This document shows, piece after piece, positions 19,034 to 29,897 of a stretch of 64,000 nt of DNA (within the stretch, counting starts at the first letter, position 1; each line of letters begins with the position of its first letter). Source of the stretch: Actinomycetes bacterium (GTDB taxonomy: Bacteria; Actinomycetota; Actinomycetes; S36-B12; UBA5976). The translations under genes were made by a program, and so were the position numbers. Below the pieces are notes generated by a model. That model was not told the DNA's origin and did no database searches. It worked only from the letters and a program-made list of their open reading frames with translations. The stretch is from contig JAYQPE010000003.1 of the NCBI GenBank assembly GCA_038145175.1, positions 111,768 through 175,767 on the forward strand, given 5' to 3'.

Positions 19034-19791
19034 GCTCTAATCACCATTGGCCCTAATTCTTCAATTTCTTGAGCAAATCTATTATTTATTTCTGAGTCTG
19101 TGATTACTACATCTACATCTGAAATATTTCCAAATGAAGCAAAATGATCTTGCCCAAATTTTGTGTGATCTACTAAAACAACTTTTCTTCTGGCAGATTG
19201 CAACATAGCATTTTTAACTTTTGCTTCTGCTTGATCTGGCGTTGTTAAACCTCGTTCTGCGGAAATTCCATTTGTGCCAACTAAAACAACATCGGCAAAT
19301 AATCCTTCTAGTCCAGTTAGTGCTGTTTGGTCTACACAAGCCATGGTTGTTCCTCTAACTCTGCCTCCAAGCATCACCACTGTGATGTTTTTCTTTTCAG
19401 CTAATAAACCTGCATGTAATACCGAATTTGTCACAACAGTTAGTTTGTAGTTATCTGGTATTAAAGTAATTAATCTTGATGTTGTAGTACCTGCATCAAC
19501 AATGATTGCGCCTTCTTCAGGAATTTCATCCAAAGCAACTGTTGCAATTCTTTCTTTTTCTTCCAACATTAAGTTCGATCTGGAAACTACGCTTGGTTCA
19601 AATCCAAGTCTGGTCAATGGCATTGCACCACCGTGTACGCGACGCAACAGGCCTTGTTGATGAAGTTCTGTTAAATCTCGACGGATCGTTTCAGGGGTTA
19701 CGTCTAACGATTCAGCTAAAACTTGAACAGATGCATGTCCAAAGGAAATGACTTGTTCAAGAATTGCTCTATGTCGTTGCGGCGCGTACAA
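19030..19791 (-). CDS. DeoR-family transcriptional repressor (FruR-like)
   Basis: N-terminal HTH (VQVLAESLDVTPETIRRDLTEL) plus a DeoR C-terminal sensor domain. TTG start. First gene of the fru operon. Confidence 0.88.
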   Translation of the reverse strand: MYAPQRHRAILEQVISFGHASVQVLAESLDVTPETIRRDLTELHQQGLLRRVHGGAMPLTRLGFEPSVVSRSNLMLEEKERIATVALDEIPEEGAIIVDAGTTTSRLITLIPDNYKLTVVTNSVLHAGLLAEKKNITVVMLGGRVRGTTMACVDQTALTGLEGLFADVVLVGTNGISAERGLTTPDQAEAKVKNAMLQSARRKVVLVDHTKFGQDHFASFGNISDVDVVITDSEINNRFAQEIEELGPMVIRA

Positions 19792-20004
19792 CTGTGGCTC
19801 TCTTTCTTGTCACTGAATAAACCTTGGGAGGGCGTCTTTCAGTTGGGGTATCTGCAAATACCTTGACCCTTACCTAACACCTTTATATATGTCTGTGTCA
19901 ATCTTTGTTTATATTTGTTTTGGTAACAATTTAATAACAAAAATTGAAGTTTGAGCGTAAGCCTCGACTGATTCTTATTTACTCCTGCTTGGCAGACTCT
20001 TTTC

Positions 20005-21351
20005 ATGCACAGATTTACTCCAGAGGTAGAAGAACTAGCAAAAGAGATACTTTCCTACAGTTTGGAAAGATTAAAGTCAGATCCTCCGCTTGATGGACCA
20101 AGAACTAGTGAAGACCTATTTAAAGCAGTTGGCAATACCATTACCGAAAAAGGTTTAGGTGGTAAAAAAGCATTAGAAATATTTACAGAAGTACTTGCGA
20201 AAGCCTGCATATCAACAGATCATCCAAGGAATTTAGCTTTCATACCTTCTGCTCCTACTGAATATGCAAATCTTTTTGATTTAGTAGTTGGAGCAAGTGC
20301 CTTGTATGGAGGTTCTTGGCAAGAAGGCTCTGGTGCAGTATTTGCTGAAAACCAAGCCTTGAATTGGATTGCAGATTTAGCTAATTTTCCAAAAGATTCA
20401 GGTGGAGTATTTGTTCAAGGTGGAACTATTGGAAATTTATCAGCGTTAGTAGTTGCTAGAGAACATGCAAGAAATAAATATAAGGAAAATAAAAAATGGG
20501 TCATAGTTTGTAGCAACCAATCACATTCTTCTATTATTTCTGCTGCAAAAGTTATGGATGTTGAGATTTTTCAGGCAGAGCCTAATAATGAAGAAAAACT
20601 TACTGGCGAAATCGTCAAAAATGCAATAAAAACAGTTGAAAAAGATACCAATAAAAAAGTATTTGCCATTGTGGCAACACCTGGAACTACAAATCTTGGA
20701 ATAATTGATGAATTAGAAAGTATTGGCAAAGTGGCTAATGAGCAACAAATTTGGTTCCACGTCGACGGTGCTTATGGTCTAGCTGCTCTTTGTGCACCCA
20801 GTGTAAGGCATAAATTTAATGGAATTGAAAAAGCTGATTCGCTAATTGTTGATCCTCATAAATGGCTTTTTGCTCCTTTTGATGCTTGTGCCTTGATTTA
20901 TAAAAATCCAAGATTAGCTAAAGAAACTCATATGCAAAAAGCAACCTATTTAGAAACTTTACATAATGATTCTTGGAATCCATCAGATTACGCAATCAAT
21001 TTGACAAGAAGAACTAGAGGACTTCCCTTTTGGTTTTCATTATCTGCTTATGGAACTGATGCATATGCAGAAGCCATGGAACAAACTTTAACTATTGCTA
21101 AAGAAGCTAGTGAATTAGTTAAGCAACATCCAAATTTAACTCTTTTAATGGAACCTGAATTATCGATTGTGGCGTTTGAAAGAAAAGGTTGGACTAAAAA
21201 AGATTATGAAAAATGGAGTGAAAAGTTATTAAATGATCAAATAGGTTTTATTCCACCTTCTTCACATAAGGGAAAACCTATTTTAAGATTTGCCATTGTA
21301 AATCCTTGGACAAAGATTGAAGATATCAAAATAATTCTTGATACTTTGTAA
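20005..21351 (+). CDS. group II PLP-dependent decarboxylase family protein
   Basis: 448 aa. PLP-Lys motif SLIVDPHKWLFAPFD and the HVDGAYG motif. Confidence 0.8.
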   Translation: MHRFTPEVEELAKEILSYSLERLKSDPPLDGPRTSEDLFKAVGNTITEKGLGGKKALEIFTEVLAKACISTDHPRNLAFIPSAPTEYANLFDLVVGASALYGGSWQEGSGAVFAENQALNWIADLANFPKDSGGVFVQGGTIGNLSALVVAREHARNKYKENKKWVIVCSNQSHSSIISAAKVMDVEIFQAEPNNEEKLTGEIVKNAIKTVEKDTNKKVFAIVATPGTTNLGIIDELESIGKVANEQQIWFHVDGAYGLAALCAPSVRHKFNGIEKADSLIVDPHKWLFAPFDACALIYKNPRLAKETHMQKATYLETLHNDSWNPSDYAINLTRRTRGLPFWFSLSAYGTDAYAEAMEQTLTIAKEASELVKQHPNLTLLMEPELSIVAFERKGWTKKDYEKWSEKLLNDQIGFIPPSSHKGKPILRFAIVNPWTKIEDIKIILDTL

Positions 21352-21353
21352 CA

Positions 21354-22385
21354 CTAAACGCTTACTTTTTCTCCTACATGCTTTCTAACAGTAGGAGCGA
21401 CAACATTTCCATAAAGTTCAATTGATTTCATAATTTCTTTATGAGGCAAGTAACCAATACTTAATTGCATCATGAATCGATCCATTTTCATGTGCTCGTG
21501 CATTCGAATTATTTTCTCCGTTACTTCTTGCGGACTGCCCACTCCAATTGCTCCATGGGGTCCACATTCCATTTCAAAATGTTGTCGTGTTTGAGGAGAC
21601 CATCCTCTTTCTCTGCCTATTTGATTCATTGCACGATCATGTCCTGGCCAAAATAAATCACGAGCTTTTTGAGATGTTTCTGCAACAAAACCATGAATAT
21701 TAATTCCAACTGGTAAAACCCCATGACCTTGCTCTTGTGAAACTTTTCTATGAAGATCAACAAGTGGTGAGAATCTAATTGGATCTCCACCCAAAATTGC
21801 GATTGCTAGTGGCAAACCTAAAGTTCCTGCTCTTACAACAGATTGTGGAGTTCCACCGATTGCAATCCAAATTGGAAGCTTTTCTTGTAAAGGTCTTGGA
21901 TAAATTCCTAATCCGTTGATAGCAGCTCTGTGTCTTCCTTTATTCCAATAAACTTTTACGTTATCTCTAATATTTAAAAGTAAATCTAATTTTTCAACAA
22001 ATAGTTCTTCATAATCTTCTAATTCGTAACCAAATAGAGGAAATGATTCGATAAAAGAGCCACGACCCGCCATTATTTCGGCACGGCCATCAGAAATTAA
22101 ATCAATTGTGGCAAATTGTTGAAAAACTCTAACTGGATCTTCTGATGATAAAACTGTTACGGCAGTTGATAATTTAATGTTTTTAGTTCTCATAGCAGCT
22201 GCTGCTAATAGAGTGCTAGGAGATGAAATCACAAAATCTGGGCGATGGTGCTCTCCAATGGCGTAAACATTTAACCCAACTTGATCTGCAAGTTCTACTT
22301 CTTCCATTAAATCTTTTAGCCTTTGATGCTCAGAAACAGAGCCATCCAGAGGCATATCGCCAAAGGTAAAAATTCCTAATTCCAT
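21354..22385 (-). CDS. LLM-class (luciferase-like) flavin-dependent oxidoreductase
   Basis: 343 aa. [11 protein letters not shown]-terminus, IGEHH and [14 protein letters not shown] motifs. Confidence 0.8.
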   Translation of the reverse strand: MELGIFTFGDMPLDGSVSEHQRLKDLMEEVELADQVGLNVYAIGEHHRPDFVISSPSTLLAAAAMRTKNIKLSTAVTVLSSEDPVRVFQQFATIDLISDGRAEIMAGRGSFIESFPLFGYELEDYEELFVEKLDLLLNIRDNVKVYWNKGRHRAAINGLGIYPRPLQEKLPIWIAIGGTPQSVVRAGTLGLPLAIAILGGDPIRFSPLVDLHRKVSQEQGHGVLPVGINIHGFVAETSQKARDLFWPGHDRAMNQIGRERGWSPQTRQHFEMECGPHGAIGVGSPQEVTEKIIRMHEHMKMDRFMMQLSIGYLPHKEIMKSIELYGNVVAPTVRKHVGEKVSV

Positions 22386-22394
22386 GCCTTAATT

Positions 22395-22772
22395 CTACTT
22401 CTTAGATTTCTTTTTCGCATTTTCAAGAATCAATTGCTTTTTCCTCACCGAAATGAGTTTTCTAACTAACTTTTCCGGTAATGGTTTATCGATATCAAAT
22501 CTTAAAGTTCCTGTGCTTTGATCAAAACCTTTTAATTCTTCTTTTAATTCAGACAAAACTTTTCCAGAAAAAGGAAAATATGAACAATGCTTTTTAGCTG
22601 ATAAAAATCCACATATTATGCCTTCGTCTATTTTATAAGCTGGCATGTTGTAGCTGATAACTTCTTTAGCTTTTGGTTCAATTTTCATAATAGTTTTTCT
22701 TAATTTAATCAAGGTAGTTTTTTGTGGTTCCGGTAAATTTTTTAAATATTTATCTACGAATAATTTTGACAT
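22395..22772 (-). CDS. DUF1801 (YdhG-like) domain protein
   Basis: 125 aa. The pattern (ISYNMPAYK ... CGFLSAKKHCSYFPFSG ... GTLRF) is typical of the family. Confidence 0.6.
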   Translation of the reverse strand: MSKLFVDKYLKNLPEPQKTTLIKLRKTIMKIEPKAKEVISYNMPAYKIDEGIICGFLSAKKHCSYFPFSGKVLSELKEELKGFDQSTGTLRFDIDKPLPEKLVRKLISVRKKQLILENAKKKSKK

Positions 22773-22773
22773 A

Positions 22774-23409
22774 TTAAAAACCTGCGGCTATTTTTTCAGA
22801 CCAATCTTTATATTTAGGTGCTAATCCTGGAATCTGATTAATCGATTGTATTTTCGATCTTTCTCCACTTTTTGCTGCAAATAAATCTTTTATAGTAAGG
22901 CCATGACTTGGAACATCTAACACTTCTATTTCATTTCCTGCTTCAACAAATCCTTCCTCCAGAATTCTTAAATAAGCACCAGGGCGTTGTGCTTGGGTAA
23001 ATTCCTTAATCAAATTAGGTCTTTGCCAGAAACCTTGAAAAACTTTACAAGGAATTCGAGGAATAGTTACTTGTAAAAGTGTGGTACCTATTTTCCAGAT
23101 TTCTCCAATTACTGCATTTGTAACATCAATTCCTTGAGTCGTTAAATTTTCTCCAAATCTGCCATTAGCAATTTCTAAACTAATTTCTTTTTCCCACCAA
23201 TCGGCATCTTCTCTTGCATAGGCATAAACTGCTTGATCTTTTCCACCATGGTTTTTTGTGTCTAATACAAAATCGCCTTCAACCGAATCATTTTCTAGTG
23301 CAACGCGACCTAGTTTGGGTCTTTTATCAATACCTGTTTTTCCAACGGAACCTGCCCAATCTTCATGATGAATAATTGCTGTGACATTGACACTTAACAG
23401 TTTTTTCAT
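22774..23409 (-). CDS. MOSC domain-containing protein
   Basis: 211 aa. GENLTTQGIDV and IPRIPCKVF motifs of the MOSC beta-barrel. Confidence 0.75.
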   Translation of the reverse strand: MKKLLSVNVTAIIHHEDWAGSVGKTGIDKRPKLGRVALENDSVEGDFVLDTKNHGGKDQAVYAYAREDADWWEKEISLEIANGRFGENLTTQGIDVTNAVIGEIWKIGTTLLQVTIPRIPCKVFQGFWQRPNLIKEFTQAQRPGAYLRILEEGFVEAGNEIEVLDVPSHGLTIKDLFAAKSGERSKIQSINQIPGLAPKYKDWSEKIAAGF

Positions 23410-23412
23410 TTA

Positions 23413-24654
23413 TTACAACAAATCTCCACGGAGTTTAAAGGCTGTGGCAACTCTTTCAACTGAAACAATAAAAGCTGCGGTTCTTAAATCTGTGCCAAAT
23501 TTGTTTGAAGCTTCCCAAGTTGCATCAAATGCAATATTCATTCTGGTATCTAATTCATTTCTGAATCTTTCAATGGGCCATCTAAATTCTTGTATGTTTT
23601 GTGTCCATTCAAAATATGAACCCATCACACCTCCAGCATTTGCCAAAATATCTGGCACTACTACCACTCCACGTTTCTGAAGTGCTTGATCTGCTTCTAA
23701 AGTAAGTGGTTGATTTGCACCTTCCACAATTATTTTTGCTTGAATTTTTTCATGATTTGATTCATTAACTACTCCTCCAAGGGCAGCTGGAATTAATAAA
23801 TCACAATCCATGGTCAATATTTCATCATTTGAAACACTTTTTCCATCTGGAATATCTGAAACTTTTTTATATTTTTCTATTATTTCTTTAACATTAAATC
23901 CTTTATCATTGATTTTTCCACCAGAAACATCTGCCAAGCCAACAACTTTCATACCTGCTTCTTGAGCAGCAAGTGCTGCATAAATACCAACATTTCCAAA
24001 ACCTTGAATAGCAACTCTTATTTGATTCTTATCTTTCTTTAATTTTTCTAAAGCACCAATTGCTACACCAATTACACCTCGACCTGTTGCTTCTTCTCTA
24101 CCTGGTGCGCCAAATAATCCAATTGGTTTTCCAGTTACTACAGCTGGTGAAAAACCGTTAATTCTTTGATATTCGTCCATAATCCAAGCCATGGTTTGAG
24201 CATTGGTACCCATGTCAGGAGCTGGCACATCACGATGCGGTCCCAAAATATTTACCATAGTTCTAGTCCAACGTCTGGTTACTTCTTCTTTTTCTCTAAT
24301 TGTCAAAGAGTTTGGATCAACTGTTACTCCACCTTTTCCACCACCAAATGGAACATCAACAAGGGCAGTTTTCCAAGTCATCAAACTTGCTAAAGCTCTT
24401 ACTTCATCTAAATCAACTGATTGGTGATATCTAATTCCACCTTTTCTTGGACCTCGAGCGGAAGAATGTTGAACTCTATAACCGGTTAAAACATCAATTC
24501 CACCGGATTCTCTTCTTAATGGGATAGAAATAATTAATTCTCGTTCAGAAGTAGAAAAAGCTTCTATAAAATCTTTAGATAGTTTTAATAATTCACCTGC
24601 GCGATAAACATACGCATTTACTTCTGCAAGTGCACTAACACCTTTGTTATGCAT
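23413..24654 (-). CDS. gdh: Glu/Leu/Phe/Val-family (glutamate) dehydrogenase
   Basis: Catalytic-Lys motif PFGGGKGGV and NAD-binding VAIQGFGNVG. 413 aa. Confidence 0.9.
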   Translation of the reverse strand: MHNKGVSALAEVNAYVYRAGELLKLSKDFIEAFSTSERELIISIPLRRESGGIDVLTGYRVQHSSARGPRKGGIRYHQSVDLDEVRALASLMTWKTALVDVPFGGGKGGVTVDPNSLTIREKEEVTRRWTRTMVNILGPHRDVPAPDMGTNAQTMAWIMDEYQRINGFSPAVVTGKPIGLFGAPGREEATGRGVIGVAIGALEKLKKDKNQIRVAIQGFGNVGIYAALAAQEAGMKVVGLADVSGGKINDKGFNVKEIIEKYKKVSDIPDGKSVSNDEILTMDCDLLIPAALGGVVNESNHEKIQAKIIVEGANQPLTLEADQALQKRGVVVVPDILANAGGVMGSYFEWTQNIQEFRWPIERFRNELDTRMNIAFDATWEASNKFGTDLRTAAFIVSVERVATAFKLRGDLL

Positions 24655-24682
24655 CTTTTTTTCCTTCTTCTATATTTCTATC

Positions 24683-26311
24683 CTAAGTCCAAACTGGCTC
24701 TTGAACTTCTTTAACGTTACCTTCTTGGTCTAAAAGAAAGAATCGATCAAAGTTTTGTACAAACCATCGATCGTGAGTGACAGTCAAAACTGTGCCATCA
24801 AAAGCATCTAAAGCAGCTTCTAAGGCTTCACTACTGGTGATATCTAAATTGTCAGTTGGCTCATCAAGTAACAGTAAAGTTGCTCCAGATAATTCCAATA
24901 AGCAAATTTGGAATCGTGCTTGTTGGCCGCCAGATAAGGTTAAAAACAATTGGTCAGCTTGAGTACCTAAACCATATCTAGATAATGTGCCAACTGCGGC
25001 ATTGATTTGCAAAGATTTTTCTTCCCACAAAATTTCAGTTAAAGTTTTTCTGCTCCATTCAGGATGATCATGAGTTTGGGCAAACCAACCAGGTACAACT
25101 CGGGAACCTAGTTTCCAATTACCTGAATGTTTAACAGTTTCATCGCCACCTAAAAGTCTTAAGAAATGTGATTTACCTGTGCCATTGCCACCTAGGAATG
25201 CAATTCTTTCCCCATAAAATAATTCCATGTCAAAAGGTTTAGTTAAATTAGTTAGTTCTAAATCTTTACAAACAATTGCTCTGACTGCAGTTCTGCCACC
25301 TTTTAATCTCATTTTCAATTTTTGAGGTGGAGGTGGTGCTTGAGGAGCACCTGCTTCTTCAAATCTTTTTAATCTGGTTTGCATAGCTCGATATTTTGGC
25401 GCCATTGCAGGAGATGATTTGGTTTGCATATGAAGAGTTTGAACTAAATCTTTTAGTCTTTGATGTTCTTCTTCCCAGCGTTTAGTTAATTCAGCTAATC
25501 TGTCGTGCCTTTCTTGTCTTGCTTCGTAATATGTGCCAAATCCTTTTCCATGAACCCAAGCAGTACCTCCTTCAATAGTGATAATTCGATCAGCTGCTCT
25601 TGTTAAAAGAGTTCGATCATGACTGATAAGAAGAATTGTTTTCATGGATTGTTTTAATTGATCTTCCAACCAATTTTTTGCCGGAACGTCCAAATAGTTA
25701 TCGGGCTCATCTAGCAATAGAACTTGATCTGGACCTCTTAAAAGTGCTTCTAGAATTAATCTTTTTGCTTGACCACCAGATAAAGTTTTCAATTCTCTGA
25801 ATTTACATTTTTCATAATCCATTTTTATTGCTTCTTGGCAACATACGTCCCATAATGTTTCGTTTTCATAACCTCCCGCATCTGCATATTCTGCTAGAGC
25901 GTGAGCGTATTTCATTTGCACTTCTTCGCTGTCATCTTCCATAAGTGCTAGTTCATATTTTTCAACATCTTTGATTGCTTCTTGAATTCTTTTTGGTGAA
26001 ACTACTTTTAAGGCATCAGCAACTGTGGCATTTAAACCAAGAGAGGCAAGGGCGGTGTCATGTTCTTCAACTTTTTTTGCGGCTCCTGTTAATAATTGAG
26101 GCATAACTCCAAGACCGCCAGAAACTGATGTTGAACCTTCATCAGCAATTAAAACTCCAGTAATGATTTTAAAAAGTGTTGATTTACCTGCTCCGTTATC
26201 ACCTACCAGAGCTGCAGTTATTCCTTCCCCCACTCGAAATGAAACATCATCGAAAAGTAAACGTCCTGTGGGCAGACGATAAGCAATACCGTTTACTTCA
26301 ATTGCACCCAA
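24683..26311 (-). CDS. ABC-F family ATPase (two ABC domains, no TM domain)
   Basis: Two Walker A motifs (GDNGAGKST, GGNGTGKSH), two LSGGQ signatures and a charged inter-domain linker. Confidence 0.88.
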   Translation of the reverse strand: MGAIEVNGIAYRLPTGRLLFDDVSFRVGEGITAALVGDNGAGKSTLFKIITGVLIADEGSTSVSGGLGVMPQLLTGAAKKVEEHDTALASLGLNATVADALKVVSPKRIQEAIKDVEKYELALMEDDSEEVQMKYAHALAEYADAGGYENETLWDVCCQEAIKMDYEKCKFRELKTLSGGQAKRLILEALLRGPDQVLLLDEPDNYLDVPAKNWLEDQLKQSMKTILLISHDRTLLTRAADRIITIEGGTAWVHGKGFGTYYEARQERHDRLAELTKRWEEEHQRLKDLVQTLHMQTKSSPAMAPKYRAMQTRLKRFEEAGAPQAPPPPQKLKMRLKGGRTAVRAIVCKDLELTNLTKPFDMELFYGERIAFLGGNGTGKSHFLRLLGGDETVKHSGNWKLGSRVVPGWFAQTHDHPEWSRKTLTEILWEEKSLQINAAVGTLSRYGLGTQADQLFLTLSGGQQARFQICLLELSGATLLLLDEPTDNLDITSSEALEAALDAFDGTVLTVTHDRWFVQNFDRFFLLDQEGNVKEVQEPVWT

Positions 26312-26334
26312 TTTTTATCCTTTTTTAAACACAT

Positions 26335-26366
26335 AAAAAGGCTGGGCTTAAAAGCCCAGCCTTTTT
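26335..26366 (-). terminator. rho-independent terminator after nrdJ (symmetrical, potentially bidirectional)
   Basis: AAAAAGGCTGGGC (26335-26347) pairs with GCCCAGCCTTTTT (26354-26366). The 13-bp stem is perfect and A/T runs flank both sides. Confidence 0.8.
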
Positions 26367-26384
26367 AATTTTAGTTAACTCGAT

Positions 26385-29180
26385 TTATGAGCAACCACTT
26401 GTGTTGCCGCAACCTTCGCAAACAAAGCATGAACCTGCCATACGCATTTTCACTCCACAGGTCAAACAAAGTGGTGCATCAGATTTTAATCCAGTTAAAG
26501 ATTCTAAAACTTCCATAGAAGATCTAGCTTCTGCACCTGATTTTGTTTTTTCCACCACTGGCAATGTTGTGGTTGGAACAAAATCTGTAGCAATACTTTG
26601 AATTTCACTTGGTGCATCATATGCCTCACTTACTGCTTTTTTTCTTTCTTCAGCAGTTTGAATTCCTAATGCACTTCTGTGATCTTCTGGAAGATAATCA
26701 AGAGCTAATCTTCTGAAGATGTAGTCCATTACAGATTGAGCCATTCGAATGTCTTCATCATCTGTTAAGCCTGATGGTTCAAATCTCATGTTGGTGAACT
26801 TTTGAACATATTGTTCTAGTGGAACTCCGTATTGCAAACCAATTGAGACTGCAATTGAGAATGCATCCATAATTCCTGCCAAAGTTGAACCTTGTTTGCT
26901 CATCTTCAAAAATATTTCACCTAATCTTCCATCTGGATATGAAGATGTAGTCATGTAACCTTCAGCACCTGCTACAGCAAATGAGGTGGTTACTGATTGA
27001 CGTGATTTTGGTAAACGTTGTCTAGCTGGTTTGTTTGTGCTTACAGGAGTTGAAGATGAATCTTCTTTGCTCTTGGCATCACTTAAAGGTTGTCCAACTT
27101 TGCAATTGTCACGATAAATTGCTAAAGCTTTCAAACCTTGTTTCCAACCTTGGTAATAAACTTCTTCAACTTCTTCAACAGTTGCTGTTGAAGGCATGTT
27201 TACAGTTTTAGAAATTGCACCAGATAAGAATGGTTGTGCGGCTGCCATCATGCGCACATGTCCCATTGGTGAAATTGATCTAACACCCATTGCGCAATCA
27301 AAAACAGAATAATGTTCAGGTTTTAATCCTGGTGCATCAATTACATTTCCGTTTTCTGCAATGTATTCAACAATTGCTTCTACTGTTTCTTGGGTGTAAC
27401 CAAGACGATGTAGAGCTCTTGGAATTGTTTGGTTCACAATTTGCATGGAACCACCACCAACTAATTTTTTGAATTTAACTAGCGCTAAGTCTGGTTCAAT
27501 TCCTGTGGTGTCACAATCCATCATCAAACCGATAGTTCCTGTTGGAGCTAGCACACTTGCTTGTGCATTTCGGTATCCATTTTGTTCACCTAGTTTGATT
27601 GCTTCTTGCCAAACATCTGTTGCTAATTGATGAACTGAGCGATCTAATTCGCTATCAATTTTTACTGAATCATTTGCTGCAGCATGTTTTCTGATTACAC
27701 GTTTATGTGCATCAGCATTTCTGGCATAGCCAACATATGGTCCCACTACAGCTGCTAATTCTGCACTTCTCTTATATGAAGTTCCAGTCATTAAAGATGT
27801 AATTGAAGCAGCAAGGGCGCGACCTGCATCTGAGTCATAGGCAAGACCTAGAGCCATTAACAATGCTCCAAGGTTTGCATAACCAATTCCTAATTGGCGA
27901 AAATCTCTAGTCGTTTGACCAATTGCAGGGGTTGGGAAATCTGCAAACGAGATTGAGATTTCCATTGCCGTGATCACAAATTCAACTGTTTTCTTGAATT
28001 TGTCTGCATCAAAAGTGTCATCATCTTTTAAGAATTTCATCAAGTTCAATGAAGCAAGGTTGCAAGATGAATTATCTAAGTGCATGTATTCAGAGCAAGG
28101 ATTTGAAGCGTTAATACGTCCTGTTTCTGGACTGGTGTGCCAATCATTGATTGTGGTGTCGTATTGAATTCCAGGATCAGCACAAGACCAAGCAGCTTCT
28201 GACATTTTTCTGAAAAGTTGTCTGGCATTTACTGTTTTTACACTTCTGCCATCAACTCTTGCAGTTAGGTTAAATTCCTTATCGTTTTCATAAGCTTTCA
28301 TGAAATCATCTGAAACTCTGACGGAGTTATTTGCATTTTGATATTGCACAGAAATGATGTCTTTGCCACCAAGATCCATATCAAATCCTGCATCTCTTAA
28401 AGCACGAATTTTGTCTTCTTCGCGTGCTTTGGTGTCAATAAATTCTTCAATATCTGGATGATCAATATCTAACACAACCATTTTTGCAGCACGTCTAGTT
28501 GCGCCGCCTGATTTGATTGTTCCAGCAGATGCATCTGCACCACGCATAAATGAAACTGGACCAGATGCTGTTCCACCTGAAGAAAGAAGTTCGTTAGCAC
28601 CACGAATTCTGGAAAGGTTTACGCCACTTCCTGATCCGCCTTTGAAAATAACGCCTTCTTCTCTGTACCAGTTAAGAATTGAATCAATTGAATCTTCAAC
28701 TGCCAAAATGAAGCATGCACTTACTTGTTGTGGTGCACTTGTTCCCACGTTGAACCAAACTGGTGAGTTGAATGAAAATACTTGATGTAACAACATGTAA
28801 GTAAGTTCTTCTTCAAATATTTTTGCATCACTGTCTGATCCAAAATATCCGCCAGCTTTTCCTGCCTTGGTATAAGTTAAAACCACACGATCAATTAGTT
28901 GTTTTAAAGACCATTCACGGTTGTCATGTCCTACTGCTCCACGAAAATATTTTGTCGTCACGATTGTTGAAGCATTTACTGACCAGAAATCAGGAAATTC
29001 TGTTCCTTTTTGTTCAAAAACAACTTCACCTGTTTTCCAGTTGTTTTGCACTACATCACGGCGTTCCCATTTCACATCGTCATATGGATGTAGGCCTTCT
29101 TTAGTGAATACTCTTTGCATTGAAATGCTGCGAGCATTCTTGCGACCGGATTTGAAGGCACCGCTTAATGTATCTGTCAT
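26385..29180 (-). CDS. nrdJ: adenosylcobalamin-dependent ribonucleoside-diphosphate reductase (class II)
   Basis: 931 aa. Active-site NPCSEY, class II core motifs, and a C-terminal Cys cluster CLTCG...CFVCEGCG. Confidence 0.93.
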   Translation of the reverse strand: MTDTLSGAFKSGRKNARSISMQRVFTKEGLHPYDDVKWERRDVVQNNWKTGEVVFEQKGTEFPDFWSVNASTIVTTKYFRGAVGHDNREWSLKQLIDRVVLTYTKAGKAGGYFGSDSDAKIFEEELTYMLLHQVFSFNSPVWFNVGTSAPQQVSACFILAVEDSIDSILNWYREEGVIFKGGSGSGVNLSRIRGANELLSSGGTASGPVSFMRGADASAGTIKSGGATRRAAKMVVLDIDHPDIEEFIDTKAREEDKIRALRDAGFDMDLGGKDIISVQYQNANNSVRVSDDFMKAYENDKEFNLTARVDGRSVKTVNARQLFRKMSEAAWSCADPGIQYDTTINDWHTSPETGRINASNPCSEYMHLDNSSCNLASLNLMKFLKDDDTFDADKFKKTVEFVITAMEISISFADFPTPAIGQTTRDFRQLGIGYANLGALLMALGLAYDSDAGRALAASITSLMTGTSYKRSAELAAVVGPYVGYARNADAHKRVIRKHAAANDSVKIDSELDRSVHQLATDVWQEAIKLGEQNGYRNAQASVLAPTGTIGLMMDCDTTGIEPDLALVKFKKLVGGGSMQIVNQTIPRALHRLGYTQETVEAIVEYIAENGNVIDAPGLKPEHYSVFDCAMGVRSISPMGHVRMMAAAQPFLSGAISKTVNMPSTATVEEVEEVYYQGWKQGLKALAIYRDNCKVGQPLSDAKSKEDSSSTPVSTNKPARQRLPKSRQSVTTSFAVAGAEGYMTTSSYPDGRLGEIFLKMSKQGSTLAGIMDAFSIAVSIGLQYGVPLEQYVQKFTNMRFEPSGLTDDEDIRMAQSVMDYIFRRLALDYLPEDHRSALGIQTAEERKKAVSEAYDAPSEIQSIATDFVPTTTLPVVEKTKSGAEARSSMEVLESLTGLKSDAPLCLTCGVKMRMAGSCFVCEGCGNTSGCS

Positions 29181-29221
29181 TTTCTTTTTTCCTTTTGTTT
29201 TAAAGTTTTAAATCTTTTTTG

Positions 29222-29737
29222 CTACTTCTCTGAGCCGTCCTCGACGCTTTTGTCATCGTTGTTGGCAATAGCGACGGCGACGTCCCCGAGTTCTCGAGCG
29301 GTGCGAAGTAATGAAATCTCTGATTCGAAATCTTCTAAAGATTCAAATGAGCGATACACACTTGCAAAACGCAAATAAGCAACTTCATCTAATTCACGAA
29401 GTGGAGCAAGGGTGGCAAGTCCTACTTCATGTGAATCAACTGCAGCTGCACCAGATGCGCGTACGGTTTCTTCTACCTTCTGTGCCAATAAAGCCAGATC
29501 GTCTTCACTTACTGGTCTTCCTTGACAGGCCTTTCTTAAACCACTTACAACTTTGCTTCTTGAAAATGGTTCTACTACTCCACTTCGTTTCACAACACTT
29601 AATGTCGCAACTTCCAAAGTGGTAAATCTTCGATCACATTCAGGACATTGACGACGTCGTCTGATAGCTGAACCGTCATCGTTAACTCTTGAATCAACAA
29701 CTCTTGAATCTGAGTGACGGCAAAAAGGACAGAACAA
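29222..29737 (-). CDS. nrdR: transcriptional repressor NrdR
   Basis: Zinc ribbon (M)[16 protein letters not shown]...CPECDRRF plus an ATP-cone. TTG start with GAGGAG 8 nt upstream and an in-frame TGA 5 codons upstream. Lies 41 nt upstream of nrdJ. Confidence 0.93.
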   Translation of the reverse strand: MFCPFCRHSDSRVVDSRVNDDGSAIRRRRQCPECDRRFTTLEVATLSVVKRSGVVEPFSRSKVVSGLRKACQGRPVSEDDLALLAQKVEETVRASGAAAVDSHEVGLATLAPLRELDEVAYLRFASVYRSFESLEDFESEISLLRTARELGDVAVAIANNDDKSVEDGSEK

Positions 29738-29880
29738 TGCCCAGACTCCTCTTCAAGTAGATGTGTATAACCCTGGTTTTCGCCCTGTGGATAACTGGCT
29801 TATGGCCTTCGTCTTTTGGGCTCATCTGCTGTGGAAAACTTGGGGTTAACCCCAACCTATGGACATTTCTGCCATTTCCA

Positions 29881-29896
29881 CCACAAGATGTAGTGC
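29881..29896 (-). promoter_or_regulatory. NrdR-box-like palindrome (minus strand GCACTACATCTTGTGG)
   Basis: CAC.A.AT.T.GTG symmetry resembles the NrdR box consensus acaCwAtATaTwGtgt. It lies immediately downstream of the putative -10. I found no convincing second box. Confidence 0.4.
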
Positions 29897-29897
29897 T

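Noticed and set aside
14245-19791. Fructose PTS operon as a horizontally acquired island
   Set aside because: By eye, its base composition and codon style are indistinguishable from the flanking genes. There are no flanking repeats, tRNA or integrase. A foreign origin cannot be supported from this window alone.
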